Positions 30,508-39,708 of a stretch of 62,057 bases of DNA are shown here, in pieces. Source of the stretch: a virus (taxonomy: Duplodnaviria; Caudoviricetes); the IMG/VR virus record IMGVR_UViG_3300011113_000163, positions 1 through 62,057 of that record. One strand, 5' to 3'. Numbering within the stretch: position 1 is the stretch's first letter; each line of letters starts with the position of its first letter. A program made the position numbers and the translations under genes. The notes beneath the pieces were generated by a model. The model was not told the DNA's origin and did no database searches. It worked only from the letters and a program-made list of their open reading frames with translations.

Positions 30508-30870
30508 ATGCAAAAGTATTTAAAATATTGGTTATATGGGTTATCTGCATTAGTTATTATTTTAATAACGGCATTGGTAATTAGTTTATCAAATAGACCG
30601 CAAGTACCTAATAATATTCGAGACTATAAACTACAACGGACAATTGATAGTTTAAATACAGTTATACAAAACAATGCAATAGAACGTAATAAACTTGGTT
30701 TAGAGATTGATTCTTTAAATAAGTCAATCGCACAAGTAGAAGTTAGTATTGCAAAAAAACAAAAAGAAATACAAACATTACGGACAGAACATGAAGAAAC
30801 AGTTAATCGTGTTAATGGCTTTACTAATAACGACATTAACAGCTATTTCACAACGAGATATAGCGAATAA
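30508..30870 (+). CDS. i-spanin (Rz)-like membrane protein
   Basis: likely ATG at 30508; N-terminal TM WLYGLSALVIILITALVISL followed by coiled coil. Confidence 0.55.
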   Translation: MQKYLKYWLYGLSALVIILITALVISLSNRPQVPNNIRDYKLQRTIDSLNTVIQNNAIERNKLGLEIDSLNKSIAQVEVSIAKKQKEIQTLRTEHEETVNRVNGFTNNDINSYFTTRYSE

Positions 30871-31216
30871 AGATAGCTTAATTTGTTTACCAACTCCTAC
30901 ATTTAAAAAGATTATTTTAGATCTAGAATCGGGCGATTTTGCTAAAAAAGAATTAAAACTTTCGTACGAAATTAATACGGATCTTAATAAACAACTGAGT
31001 TACAAGGATGGTATTATACTACGATATCAGCAACGAGAAGCTACGTATAAAAGTGATAGCATTGCATATGGAAAAACATTACAAGCTAAAGATAGTCAAA
31101 TTGAAATAGCTGTTAAAGAAGCAAGAAAATATCGTAGACAACGTAATGGCGTTATTGTAGGTGGGTCTGCGATCATAATTGCAATTCCTACATTAATTCT
31201 TGTTTTTACGTTATAA
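30791..31216 (+). CDS. secreted/membrane partner overlapping the Rz-like gene
   Basis: ATG at 30791; signal peptide MKKQLIVLMALLITTLTAIS/Q; coiled coil; C-terminal hydrophobic tail. Confidence 0.5.
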   Translation: MKKQLIVLMALLITTLTAISQRDIANKDSLICLPTPTFKKIILDLESGDFAKKELKLSYEINTDLNKQLSYKDGIILRYQQREATYKSDSIAYGKTLQAKDSQIEIAVKEARKYRRQRNGVIVGGSAIIIAIPTLILVFTL

Positions 31217-31230
31217 ATTCTTTATATTAA
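31200..31230 (+). promoter_or_regulatory. Bacteroidota-type sigma-A-like promoter for terminase
   Basis: TTG (31200-02), 20 nt spacer, TATATTAA (31223-30). Confidence 0.5.
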
Positions 31231-31236
31231 ACAGTT

Positions 31237-32802
31237 ATGTCAAAATCATTAAAAGAAATTATAGCAGAAGAGTATAAAAAGTGTGCAGCTGATCCTGTAC
31301 ATTTTATGCGTAAATACTGCATAATTCAACATCCTACAAAAGGAAAGATGTATTTTAATTTATATCCTTTCCAAGAAGATACTTTACACGACCTACGTGA
31401 TAATAGATATAACATTATTCTTAAGTCACGACAGTTAGGTATTTCTACTTTAACTGCTGGATACGCCCTTTGGGCAATGTTATTTAAAAACGATTACAAT
31501 GTGTTAGTTATTGCTACTACTCAAGACGTTGCTAAAAACTTAGTAACAAAAGTAAGAGTAATGCATGACAATTTACCGGCTTGGTTAAAGGGTAAATCAA
31601 TTGAAGATAATAAATTATCCTTAAGATTTAAAAACGGATCTCAAATCAAAGCTGTTTCTAGTGCAGGTACATCAGGTCGTTCTGAAGCATTGTCATTGTT
31701 AGTAATCGACGAAGCTGCATTTATTAAAGGCATTGATGAAATATGGACATCAGCTCAGCAAACATTGGCAACTGGTGGAGGTGCTATCATATTATCAACA
31801 CCTAACGGTACCGGTAATTTATTTCATAAAATATGGGTAGATGCAGAGGCGGGTGGACAGTTCAATCCAATTAAGTTGCACTGGACAGTACATCCAGATC
31901 GTGATGAAACATGGAGAGAAGAACAAACGAGATTGCTAGGAGATAAAGAAGCAGCACAAGAATGTGATTGTGACTTTATATCATCCGGACATACAGTAGT
32001 TGACGGTCCTGTTATTCAATGGTATGAGCAGACATATGTAAAAGATCCTATCGAAAAACGAGGATTTGATAGTAATTATTGGATATGGGACTATCCGGAT
32101 TATACTAAAAGTTATGTAGTAGTTGCTGACGTTGCTCGAGGCGATGGTGCAGATTATTCCGCATTTCATGTGTTAGAAATTGAAACTATGACACAAGTGG
32201 CAGAGTATCGCGGAAAAATAGGAACTACAGAATACGGTAATATGCTTGTATCTGTTGCTACTGATTATAACAATGCATTGCTTGTAATTGAAAATGCAAA
32301 TATAGGCTGGGCTGTTATACAAATAGCTATTGACCGTAACTATGAAAATTTATATTACTCATATCGCCAAGATGCGTATGTAGATGAAGATGTACATTTA
32401 TCTAAAGGATATGATTTAAAATCTAAATCAGATAAAGTTCCTGGATTTTCAACTACGTCAAAGACAAGACCTCTAATGATTTCTAAATTAGAAACTTATT
32501 TTAGAGAGAAAGGTCCTATTGTAAAAAGTAGAAGATTAACTGATGAATTATATGTATTTATCTGGAACGGTAGTAGGGCTGAAGCACAACGTGGTTATAA
32601 TGATGATTTGGTAATGTCATTTGCAATTGCATTATGGGTTAGAGATACAGCATTACGTTTACGCCAACAAGGAATAGATTTATCTAGAAAATCTTTAGGT
32701 CATTTTGGTAAAGTTAATCCTAGTATTTATTCATCTAAAAATTCATCTAATGGATCATGGGACTGGAACGGAGATAGTAACGGTCTTAAATGGTTATTAT
32801 GA
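31237..32802 (+). CDS. terL: terminase large subunit, T4 gp17-like
   Basis: LYPFQ Q-motif, LKSRQLGIST Walker A, LVIDEAAF Walker B, STPNG, ADVARG and NDDLVMS nuclease motifs. Confidence 0.95.
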   Translation: MSKSLKEIIAEEYKKCAADPVHFMRKYCIIQHPTKGKMYFNLYPFQEDTLHDLRDNRYNIILKSRQLGISTLTAGYALWAMLFKNDYNVLVIATTQDVAKNLVTKVRVMHDNLPAWLKGKSIEDNKLSLRFKNGSQIKAVSSAGTSGRSEALSLLVIDEAAFIKGIDEIWTSAQQTLATGGGAIILSTPNGTGNLFHKIWVDAEAGGQFNPIKLHWTVHPDRDETWREEQTRLLGDKEAAQECDCDFISSGHTVVDGPVIQWYEQTYVKDPIEKRGFDSNYWIWDYPDYTKSYVVVADVARGDGADYSAFHVLEIETMTQVAEYRGKIGTTEYGNMLVSVATDYNNALLVIENANIGWAVIQIAIDRNYENLYYSYRQDAYVDEDVHLSKGYDLKSKSDKVPGFSTTSKTRPLMISKLETYFREKGPIVKSRRLTDELYVFIWNGSRAEAQRGYNDDLVMSFAIALWVRDTALRLRQQGIDLSRKSLGHFGKVNPSIYSSKNSSNGSWDWNGDSNGLKWLL

Positions 32803-32809
32803 TATTTAT
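32802..32809 (+). promoter_or_regulatory. putative late promoter ATATTTAT (portal)
   Basis: recurrent motif, overlaps terminase TGA. Confidence 0.65.
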
Positions 32810-32824
32810 ATAAAAACATAAAGT

Positions 32825-34699
32825 ATGGCAGACACTTCATTATCGAATCGATTACGACGTTTATTTTCAACGAACGTAGTTGTAAGGCGAATAGCTAAAA
32901 ATAGATTAAAAGTAATTGATACTAACAGACTCCAATCATCTGGAGCTTTATCAAGTAATAGATATATAGACCGATTTGCAGGATTACAACGTGGTCAATC
33001 ATATGGTACATATAATCAATCGTATACGTTTCATACATCTAAATTAGAATTATTTTCTGACTATGAGACAATGGATATGGATCCAATCCTATCATCAGCT
33101 TTAGATATTTATGCAGATGAGTCTACAGTAAAAGATGCTGATGGAGATACTTTAACTATTCGTACTCCTAACAATGAAGTATATAAAGTATTACGTAATT
33201 TATTTTACGATATTCTTAACATAGATTATAATTTATGGCCATGGATTCGTAACGCATGTAAATACGGAGATTTCTTTTTATATTTAGATATTGAAGATGA
33301 ATTAGGTATTATTAACGTAGTACCACTTTCAGCATATGAAGTACGTCGTGAAGAAGGATATGATCCGGAGAATCCATATGCATATAGATTTGTATTTGAG
33401 GGTAGTCATACAATGTATGCAGCCGGACGTACTAAGACAGAGAGGGCTCCATTAGAAAATTATCAAGTAGCACACTTCCGATTATTATCCGATACAAACT
33501 TCCTTCCATATGGTAAGTCAATGATTGAGCCAGCACGTAAGATTTTCAAACAATTGACATTAATGGAAGATGCAATGTTAATTCACCGTATTATGCGTGC
33601 ACCTGAAAGACGTATTTTTAAAATAGATGTAGGTAACTTGCCACCAGCAGAAGTAGATGCGCATATCGATAGTATTGTTCAAAAGATGAAAAAGATTCCG
33701 TATATAGATGAATCTACGGGCCAATATAATCTTAAATTTAATATGCAAAACATGTTAGAAGATTATTTCTTACCAGTACGTGGAGGAGAATCTGGAACAT
33801 CGATTGATACATTAAATGGTTTAAGTAATGACGGACAAATTGAAGATATTGAATACTTAAGAAATAAAATGCACGCCGCATTGAAAATTCCAAAAGCATT
33901 TTTAGGATACGATGAAGGAGTTGAAGGTAAAGCAACGTTAGCAGCAGAAGATGTACGTTTTGCTAGAACAATAGAACGTCTACAAAAAATATTTGTATCA
34001 GAGTTAACAAAGATTGCAATTGTACATTTATATGCACAAGGATTTGAAGATGAGGATTTAACTAACTTTAGTTTATCATTAACTAATCCGTCATTAATTT
34101 ACGAAAAGCAAAAGTTAGAAACTTTGGCTACTAAAGTAGATTTGGCAGGTAATCTTAAAGAAAGCGGAATGTTTTCTGAAAAATGGATCTATGAAAATAT
34201 TTACGGAATGACCCAACAAGAATGGGAAACAGAACAAGAGCAGGTTATTGAAGATCTTAAACAAGACTTCCGTAAAGAACAAATTAAATCAGAAGGTAAT
34301 GACCCTGTTAAAACTAACATGAGTTTTGGTACACCGCATGACATTGCAAGTATGCATGTCGCAAATAAAATGGGCGATTTACCTATCGAGCAGGAACATG
34401 TAGCAGGACCAGGACGTCCAAAAGATCCTAGTACATGGGGCAAACATTCTAGTCCACATGGCAGAGATCCGTTAGGAGTTAAAGAATTATCTAAAACATT
34501 CAGTGCAGATTCTTCTCCGCTACAACATAAATTTAAAGGCGGCTCGCCGTTAAGTACAGAAAATATTGCATCTAAAAATTTAATAGACACGCTAAAATCT
34601 ACTTTTAAGACGCCTAAAGTTCTTAAACAAACATTAACTGAAGACGTAAAAGATCAAGACGCTGGCACTATGTTAGATGAACGACAATTATTAGATTAA
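32825..34699 (+). CDS. portal protein, T4 gp20-like
   Basis: LMEDAMLIHRIMRAPERRIFKIDVGNLP, EDYFLPVRGG, IEYLRNKMHAALKIP. Confidence 0.95.
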   Translation: MADTSLSNRLRRLFSTNVVVRRIAKNRLKVIDTNRLQSSGALSSNRYIDRFAGLQRGQSYGTYNQSYTFHTSKLELFSDYETMDMDPILSSALDIYADESTVKDADGDTLTIRTPNNEVYKVLRNLFYDILNIDYNLWPWIRNACKYGDFFLYLDIEDELGIINVVPLSAYEVRREEGYDPENPYAYRFVFEGSHTMYAAGRTKTERAPLENYQVAHFRLLSDTNFLPYGKSMIEPARKIFKQLTLMEDAMLIHRIMRAPERRIFKIDVGNLPPAEVDAHIDSIVQKMKKIPYIDESTGQYNLKFNMQNMLEDYFLPVRGGESGTSIDTLNGLSNDGQIEDIEYLRNKMHAALKIPKAFLGYDEGVEGKATLAAEDVRFARTIERLQKIFVSELTKIAIVHLYAQGFEDEDLTNFSLSLTNPSLIYEKQKLETLATKVDLAGNLKESGMFSEKWIYENIYGMTQQEWETEQEQVIEDLKQDFRKEQIKSEGNDPVKTNMSFGTPHDIASMHVANKMGDLPIEQEHVAGPGRPKDPSTWGKHSSPHGRDPLGVKELSKTFSADSSPLQHKFKGGSPLSTENIASKNLIDTLKSTFKTPKVLKQTLTEDVKDQDAGTMLDERQLLD

Positions 34700-34717
34700 T
34701 AGTTTGTCAGTAGACAC

Positions 34718-34725
34718 ATATTTAT
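34718..34725 (+). promoter_or_regulatory. putative late promoter ATATTTAT
   Basis: recurrent intergenic motif. Confidence 0.65.
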
Positions 34726-34756
34726 TAAAAATATACGTACTAACAGGACGCATTTA

Positions 34757-35593
34757 ATGAAACGAATTAAACATTCAAAAGTAAAAAATACCGGTTTGAT
34801 ATTCGAACTATTGGTAAGACAAGTAGCATCGGATACAATGAACAACCGTGATTCTAAAGCATTACGTATCATTAAAAGAAATTTCAAATTAAATTCTCTT
34901 TTAGGACAAGAACTTAAGTTATATAGATCATTGCACGAAGAAAAATTTAATAGTGCAAAAGCAGATTTATTTGTATCTGCAGTTATAACCGCACGTAAAG
35001 CTATTAATGAAACGGCACTGAAACGTGAAAAGTATAACTTGATCAAAGAAATTCGTTCTACATACGATATTGAAGAATTTTTTAAGGCACGAGTTAGTAA
35101 TTATAAACTACATGCTGCAGCATATAAATTGTTTGAATATGCAGAAGCGGATGATCCAAAAGAATATGTAGTTAACAAATTTACTATTATAGAACACGTT
35201 GCTAGCCCAGAACATAAAAATAATGTAAACTCAGTATTAGTGGCTGAGAATAAAGATTTGCAAATTTTAGCTTCTAAAATTCTTATTGATAAATTTAATG
35301 AAAAATATTCAACGTTAACAGGTTCGCAAAAAAGTATGTTACGTGAATATATTAACAACGTAAGTAATTCAGTTGGACTTAAAAAATATATTTCTAAAGA
35401 AATTAAATCTTTACAGGAACAACTTGGTAAACTTAAAACATCTGTACCTAGTAAAGTAGTACGTATTAAATTAACAGAAGTATCTAATTTATTATCTCAA
35501 TTAAATAAAAAGCATGTAATTGAAGATAAGGATGTTGTTACTATGTTAAAATACTATGAATTAGTAGATGAATTAAACAAGATAAAAGGATAA
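34757..35593 (+). CDS. conserved-looking helical protein of the head module
   Basis: 278-aa ORF after portal, with its own ATATTTAT motif and AGGA. Confidence 0.6.
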   Translation: MKRIKHSKVKNTGLIFELLVRQVASDTMNNRDSKALRIIKRNFKLNSLLGQELKLYRSLHEEKFNSAKADLFVSAVITARKAINETALKREKYNLIKEIRSTYDIEEFFKARVSNYKLHAAAYKLFEYAEADDPKEYVVNKFTIIEHVASPEHKNNVNSVLVAENKDLQILASKILIDKFNEKYSTLTGSQKSMLREYINNVSNSVGLKKYISKEIKSLQEQLGKLKTSVPSKVVRIKLTEVSNLLSQLNKKHVIEDKDVVTMLKYYELVDELNKIKG

Positions 35594-35594
35594 T

Positions 35595-35903
35595 ATGCCG
35601 GAACAAGGACCATATACATATACAGCGACTGCTGCTAGCCAATTTGAAAGATTAGGTCATCCAGGAAAATATATTACATCATATCAATATACATCCGGTC
35701 AAGTTGATTTTACCGGATCGAATTACGGGTATGGTGCAGTTATGGTAGTATCTGCGGGTGGAGCAACTGCTAGTTTATCTAACGGTGGAACATTAAATTT
35801 AGGCGATCTTAACGTAAAAGATGTATATGATTTTTCTATTAGTAAAATAACAGGCGGAACGGCAGCAACAGTTTATTTATTTAAACGTCAAGGAGTGGCA
35901 TGA
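35595..35903 (+). CDS. small beta-rich virion protein, possible head decoration
   Basis: 102 aa, G/S/T-rich; AAAGGA upstream. Confidence 0.5.
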   Translation: MPEQGPYTYTATAASQFERLGHPGKYITSYQYTSGQVDFTGSNYGYGAVMVVSAGGATASLSNGGTLNLGDLNVKDVYDFSISKITGGTAATVYLFKRQGVA

Positions 35904-36940
35904 GTTTTTTAAAAGACATAGAAAGACATTTTCGATTGTTAAACGAGGCTAAAGTAGATCGTATATCTGATAAAGAGGCGGAAGAAGATTTTGAAGATTT
36001 GGACGATAAAGACGTTGATAATGACGGCGATACCGACAAGTCAGATAAGTATTTACATAAACGTTTAGGTACTATTGCTAAAGTAGATGAAAATCATTTA
36101 GGCGTTGAAGAACCATTTTATATTGAAATAGCAGTTCGTGATGCACGTAAGGCCGTTGAATTAATAAAAGACGATCCTTTACTAGTAAAGGCATTACGTA
36201 ATAAAACTATTATGCCATATGGAAGTAACGTGTTCGCAACAGATGATCAAGAAATTATTCAGTCATTATCGGATAAATTATTAGATAGTGGCATTGAATT
36301 AATTAGTCATCAAGGATTGGATGAAATGTCAACTACTGCCGGAGTACCTGGATATCAAACTCCATATGCATTTGGTAAGGCAGATGATGATACTTTAAAA
36401 CAAGGTGGAATGATGCCAGTTAAAAAAACTAATAAAATTTTCAAACCAATATGGAATGAAAATGTGTCGGCATATAAAAAAATGATGTCTGAGATGTACG
36501 GTGTAGAATCTATCAATGAAGCTGCTAATCCACAAATGGATAAGTTAGTTACGGCATTTGTTGATAAGATAGCAGAAAGAAATGGATATCCAACGTCAGA
36601 AGCTATTATAGCAATATTTGATGCTCTTAAGCGTAAAGGATTTTTACATAAGAGTGTTGAATATAAATCACCGTCAGGATATAGTATTGAAGAAGCAGTA
36701 TCATATCGAGACTATAAAAAAGACCCAACTTCAACTCCAGCACAAAAAGTTAATGCTGGTATAATGGAAGTTAATCGCATGTTAAGCGAAATGGAAAAAA
36801 TTGTACATAACAATCTACGTTTAAAGACGGAAATGGGAGTACAATCAAATCATTTTTGGAAATCGACAAGTTCACGGTTTTCAAAAATTAATGAACGTAT
36901 TGTTAGAATCTCAAATAAATTAAAGGAATTATCACAATGA
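35900..36940 (+). CDS. putative prohead core / internal head protein
   Basis: acidic DKDVDNDGDTDKSDKYL Ca-loop-like motif; several hydrophobic-x-E sites (LLNE, GLDE, SINE, SIEE). Confidence 0.55.
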   Translation: MSFLKDIERHFRLLNEAKVDRISDKEAEEDFEDLDDKDVDNDGDTDKSDKYLHKRLGTIAKVDENHLGVEEPFYIEIAVRDARKAVELIKDDPLLVKALRNKTIMPYGSNVFATDDQEIIQSLSDKLLDSGIELISHQGLDEMSTTAGVPGYQTPYAFGKADDDTLKQGGMMPVKKTNKIFKPIWNENVSAYKKMMSEMYGVESINEAANPQMDKLVTAFVDKIAERNGYPTSEAIIAIFDALKRKGFLHKSVEYKSPSGYSIEEAVSYRDYKKDPTSTPAQKVNAGIMEVNRMLSEMEKIVHNNLRLKTEMGVQSNHFWKSTSSRFSKINERIVRISNKLKELSQ

Positions 36941-37743
36941 GCTATTTTATTGATTGGCGCGACTATGTAAGACAACCGCGCATTAAAAGTTTAATTGAAA
37001 GCAAAGGTATAGAAGCTGCTCGCCAAGAATACATTCGCGAATCAAACAAAGCAATGTGGGATGACCCATTCGTTATTAACGAAAGTCTATATAGTTCTGC
37101 AGATCCAACTACAGCCGCGGCCGGTGCCGGTGGAGATAGTGCTGCTATCGTAGGGCATGTAGCTGAAGTTAGTAGATTTTCATGGGCTAGCACAGTGACA
37201 AATGACGTAACCGGATCTAATGGAGATGGTTTACATGGATATTATTTTGAAGTTGCTGCATATAACGGTAGTGTCGATTTTTCATTTAACCACGTAAATT
37301 CTACTAAGAGATTTAGATTTTATTTTGTATCATCTTCTACTACTGGATTTACTGCTACAAATACAACTGGTATTGCTGGTATAGTAACAGCTTCGTATAC
37401 TAGAACCACTGAAACTACTCCGGTAACTGGAAGCTTATTAAGTAAATTATATACAGCAATATTAGGACAAAGTGCTACTGCGGTAGTTGCAGGATTTACA
37501 AATACAATTGCTCCTAGTACATTATTTGCGCCTACAATGTCTGCAGGTAGTAGTTCATTGACGTTAGTACACGTTAATAAAGGCGGAGTTCCTAATATTT
37601 CTAGTACAGTGCCAACAGTATCAGCATCTGTAAGTGTAGTTACTAACGGATTAGATAGATATTGGGGAACATCAGCCGCGATGCCTGGACCAACGTTTGA
37701 CGGATTTGTATCGCCATATACAACATTGGCACGTAGAGGATAA
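36937..37743 (+). CDS. hypothetical virion protein with S/T-rich domain
   Basis: 268-aa ORF with ATGA overlap. Confidence 0.55.
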   Translation: MSYFIDWRDYVRQPRIKSLIESKGIEAARQEYIRESNKAMWDDPFVINESLYSSADPTTAAAGAGGDSAAIVGHVAEVSRFSWASTVTNDVTGSNGDGLHGYYFEVAAYNGSVDFSFNHVNSTKRFRFYFVSSSTTGFTATNTTGIAGIVTASYTRTTETTPVTGSLLSKLYTAILGQSATAVVAGFTNTIAPSTLFAPTMSAGSSSLTLVHVNKGGVPNISSTVPTVSASVSVVTNGLDRYWGTSAAMPGPTFDGFVSPYTTLARRG

Positions 37744-37747
37744 TAAA

Positions 37748-38353
37748 ATGTCTAAACAATTAATTGTCGATTATAGTTTATTTGAAGTATCGCCTCAGGC
37801 TATTAACGAATCATTAGCTAACAATAATGGTAAATTAGTCGTTACAGGCGTTCTTCAAAGAGCAGATGCACGTAACCAAAACGGTCGTGTATATCCAATG
37901 GAAACATTAATGCGTGAAGCAAAAAAATATCAATCAACATATATTGCTGAGCGCAGGGCGTTAGGAGAATTAGACCATCCAGATAGCTCAGTGGTTAATT
38001 TAAATAACGTATCTCATAACATTTTATCTATGGGATGGAACGGCAATGATTTAGTAGGTACTGTTGAAGTATTACCGACACCGTCTGGTAACATTTTAAA
38101 AGCGTTGTTTCAATCGGGAATTAAATTAGGTATTAGTTCACGTGGTTTAGGTTCTGTAAAAGAAGTTATGCGCGAAGGAAATACTGCAATGGAAGTTCAA
38201 CCCGACTTTGAGTTGATTGCATTTGATTTTGTAAGTAATCCTTCGACCCATGGGGCATTCCTTTCACCTGTTAACGAATCTGTTAATAAAAATACATCTA
38301 ACAAATACGGAAATATCGAACGTATTATTTCCGATATAATTATGGAGTTCTAA
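37748..38353 (+). CDS. prohead protease, T4 gp21-like
   Basis: RNQNGRVYP, GELDHP, GISSRGLGS, FDFVSNPS; start placed at ATG 37748 after GAGGA. Confidence 0.93.
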   Translation: MSKQLIVDYSLFEVSPQAINESLANNNGKLVVTGVLQRADARNQNGRVYPMETLMREAKKYQSTYIAERRALGELDHPDSSVVNLNNVSHNILSMGWNGNDLVGTVEVLPTPSGNILKALFQSGIKLGISSRGLGSVKEVMREGNTAMEVQPDFELIAFDFVSNPSTHGAFLSPVNESVNKNTSNKYGNIERIISDIIMEF

Positions 38354-38354
38354 C

Positions 38355-38633
38355 ATGGCAGCACCAAATAGAGGTTTAGTAGATTTAGCTCATTCATCTG
38401 CATATGGTCCAAGTAATCCAGGCCAATTAGGCACTGGAACTATTTTAGGAACTAACATTTCTCCTATAGCAAATGCACAATTAGGTAATCCAAAGAACGG
38501 TAAAAAGTTTTTTAATAGCTTATTTGACTCATCACATGCTAGTTTATACGGGCCATTCAATGTACCGGGCAAAAGAGGTACAGGTATAATGCCAGATGTA
38601 TTTGGAAACATTCCTAGAGAGATTAATATTTAA
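38355..38633 (+). CDS. small protein with two internal repeats
   Basis: HSSAYGPSN-PGQLGTG and HASLYGPFNVPGKRGTG. Confidence 0.55.
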   Translation: MAAPNRGLVDLAHSSAYGPSNPGQLGTGTILGTNISPIANAQLGNPKNGKKFFNSLFDSSHASLYGPFNVPGKRGTGIMPDVFGNIPREINI

Positions 38634-38641
38634 AGGATAGT

Positions 38642-38968
38642 ATGTCAAACTTAAAATCAAGATATGCTCAATTGTTTGCAGGTAAACTTAAATCAAACGA
38701 TAAAAAATTAATATCGGAAGGGTTTGAAGATTTGCAAGGAGTAGCTGATCAGTTATCAGAACTTTATGATCAAGTATATGCTTTTGAGGAAGCTTTGATA
38801 AACATGTTAGATGATCTTGAAGTAGCAGAGCCAGAAAATACTATGTATAAACAATTAGGAGCACAGGCGAGTAGATATACTAAAGCAGTGATAACTAATA
38901 TGGATGGTGTTTCTAAAATAATAGACAAATTAGAAAAAATAGGATCTATGCAAAATGAAGAAATTTGA
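38642..38968 (+). CDS. hypothetical helical protein, possible internal head protein
   Basis: 108 aa; basic leader ending LISE, then acidic helices. Confidence 0.55.
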   Translation: MSNLKSRYAQLFAGKLKSNDKKLISEGFEDLQGVADQLSELYDQVYAFEEALINMLDDLEVAEPENTMYKQLGAQASRYTKAVITNMDGVSKIIDKLEKIGSMQNEEI

Positions 38969-39359
38969 ACAACAATTACTAAAAAACATACTTAATGAAA
39001 ATGTAGGTATGGATGATGAAAAGAAAGTTACTAGCGAAGAAAAGCGTAATTTCCTACGTGCCGTATCAGAATACCACAAGTTAGGTGAAATGATTTATCG
39101 TGCACAAGGCTTAAAAGAAGTAGCCGAAACATTACAGAACATTGTCACTACTGCTGAAAACTTAACAATACAAGAGTCAGAACATTGGTTTGATAATGTT
39201 ACAGTATCACGCCATATGAAGCAAATGAATGAAGCTTATAAAGTATTTGAAAAAACTGCACAGGAAATGTCAGGAATGCAACAACGTTTAGAAGCTGCAT
39301 ATGAAGACATGGGTATGGTATTAAACAAGTATTATAAAGTTAACGAAGCCTTAAAATAA
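38955..39359 (+). CDS. hypothetical helical protein, possible internal head protein
   Basis: 134 aa; leader ending ILNE. Confidence 0.6.
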   Translation: MKKFEQQLLKNILNENVGMDDEKKVTSEEKRNFLRAVSEYHKLGEMIYRAQGLKEVAETLQNIVTTAENLTIQESEHWFDNVTVSRHMKQMNEAYKVFEKTAQEMSGMQQRLEAAYEDMGMVLNKYYKVNEALK

Positions 39360-39360
39360 T

Positions 39361-39391
39361 TTGTAATTTTAAATAAAAGTTATTATATTAA
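39361..39391 (+). promoter_or_regulatory. Bacteroidota-type sigma-A-like promoter for bS21
   Basis: TTG (39361-63), 20 nt spacer, TATATTAA (39384-91). Confidence 0.55.
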
Positions 39392-39407
39392 TACAAAATA
39401 AAAAGTT

Positions 39408-39662
39408 ATGAGTAAAAAACAAAAACATTTTGAAAGCATTATTCCTGGATCAATGACCGGAGTACGTGTTCCAAAGTTACCTTTCGACGATGGTAAAAGA
39501 GATCTTTCATTTGCGTTACGTAAATGGAAGAAAATGGTTAAAGATTCTAAGATTTTAATTGAGTTAAAGGATCGAACCGAATACATTAAACCATCCTTTA
39601 AGAAAAAGGAGCAACGTAAACGTAGTGCTTATTTACAACGAAAGCAATCAGAAAACATGTAG
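39408..39662 (+). CDS. rpsU: phage-encoded 30S ribosomal protein bS21
   Basis: DLSFALRKWKKMVKDSKILIELKDRTEYIKPSFKKK matches the bS21 core (ALxRFK..E.R.R..(F/Y)xKPS); basic, 84 aa. Confidence 0.85.
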   Translation: MSKKQKHFESIIPGSMTGVRVPKLPFDDGKRDLSFALRKWKKMVKDSKILIELKDRTEYIKPSFKKKEQRKRSAYLQRKQSENM

Positions 39663-39678
39663 TTGTAAAAAAATTAAA

Positions 39679-39708
39679 AAAAAAGATGTCAGAGACGGCA
39701 TCTTTTTT
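39679..39708 (+). terminator. intrinsic terminator after bS21
   Basis: AAAAAAGATGTC-AGAGAC-GGCATCTTTTTT. Confidence 0.7.

Noticed and set aside
30454-37747. Track starts at 30454, 30749 and 37697
   Set aside because: Downstream ATGs at 30508, 30791 and 37748 give better N-termini, less overlap or an SD
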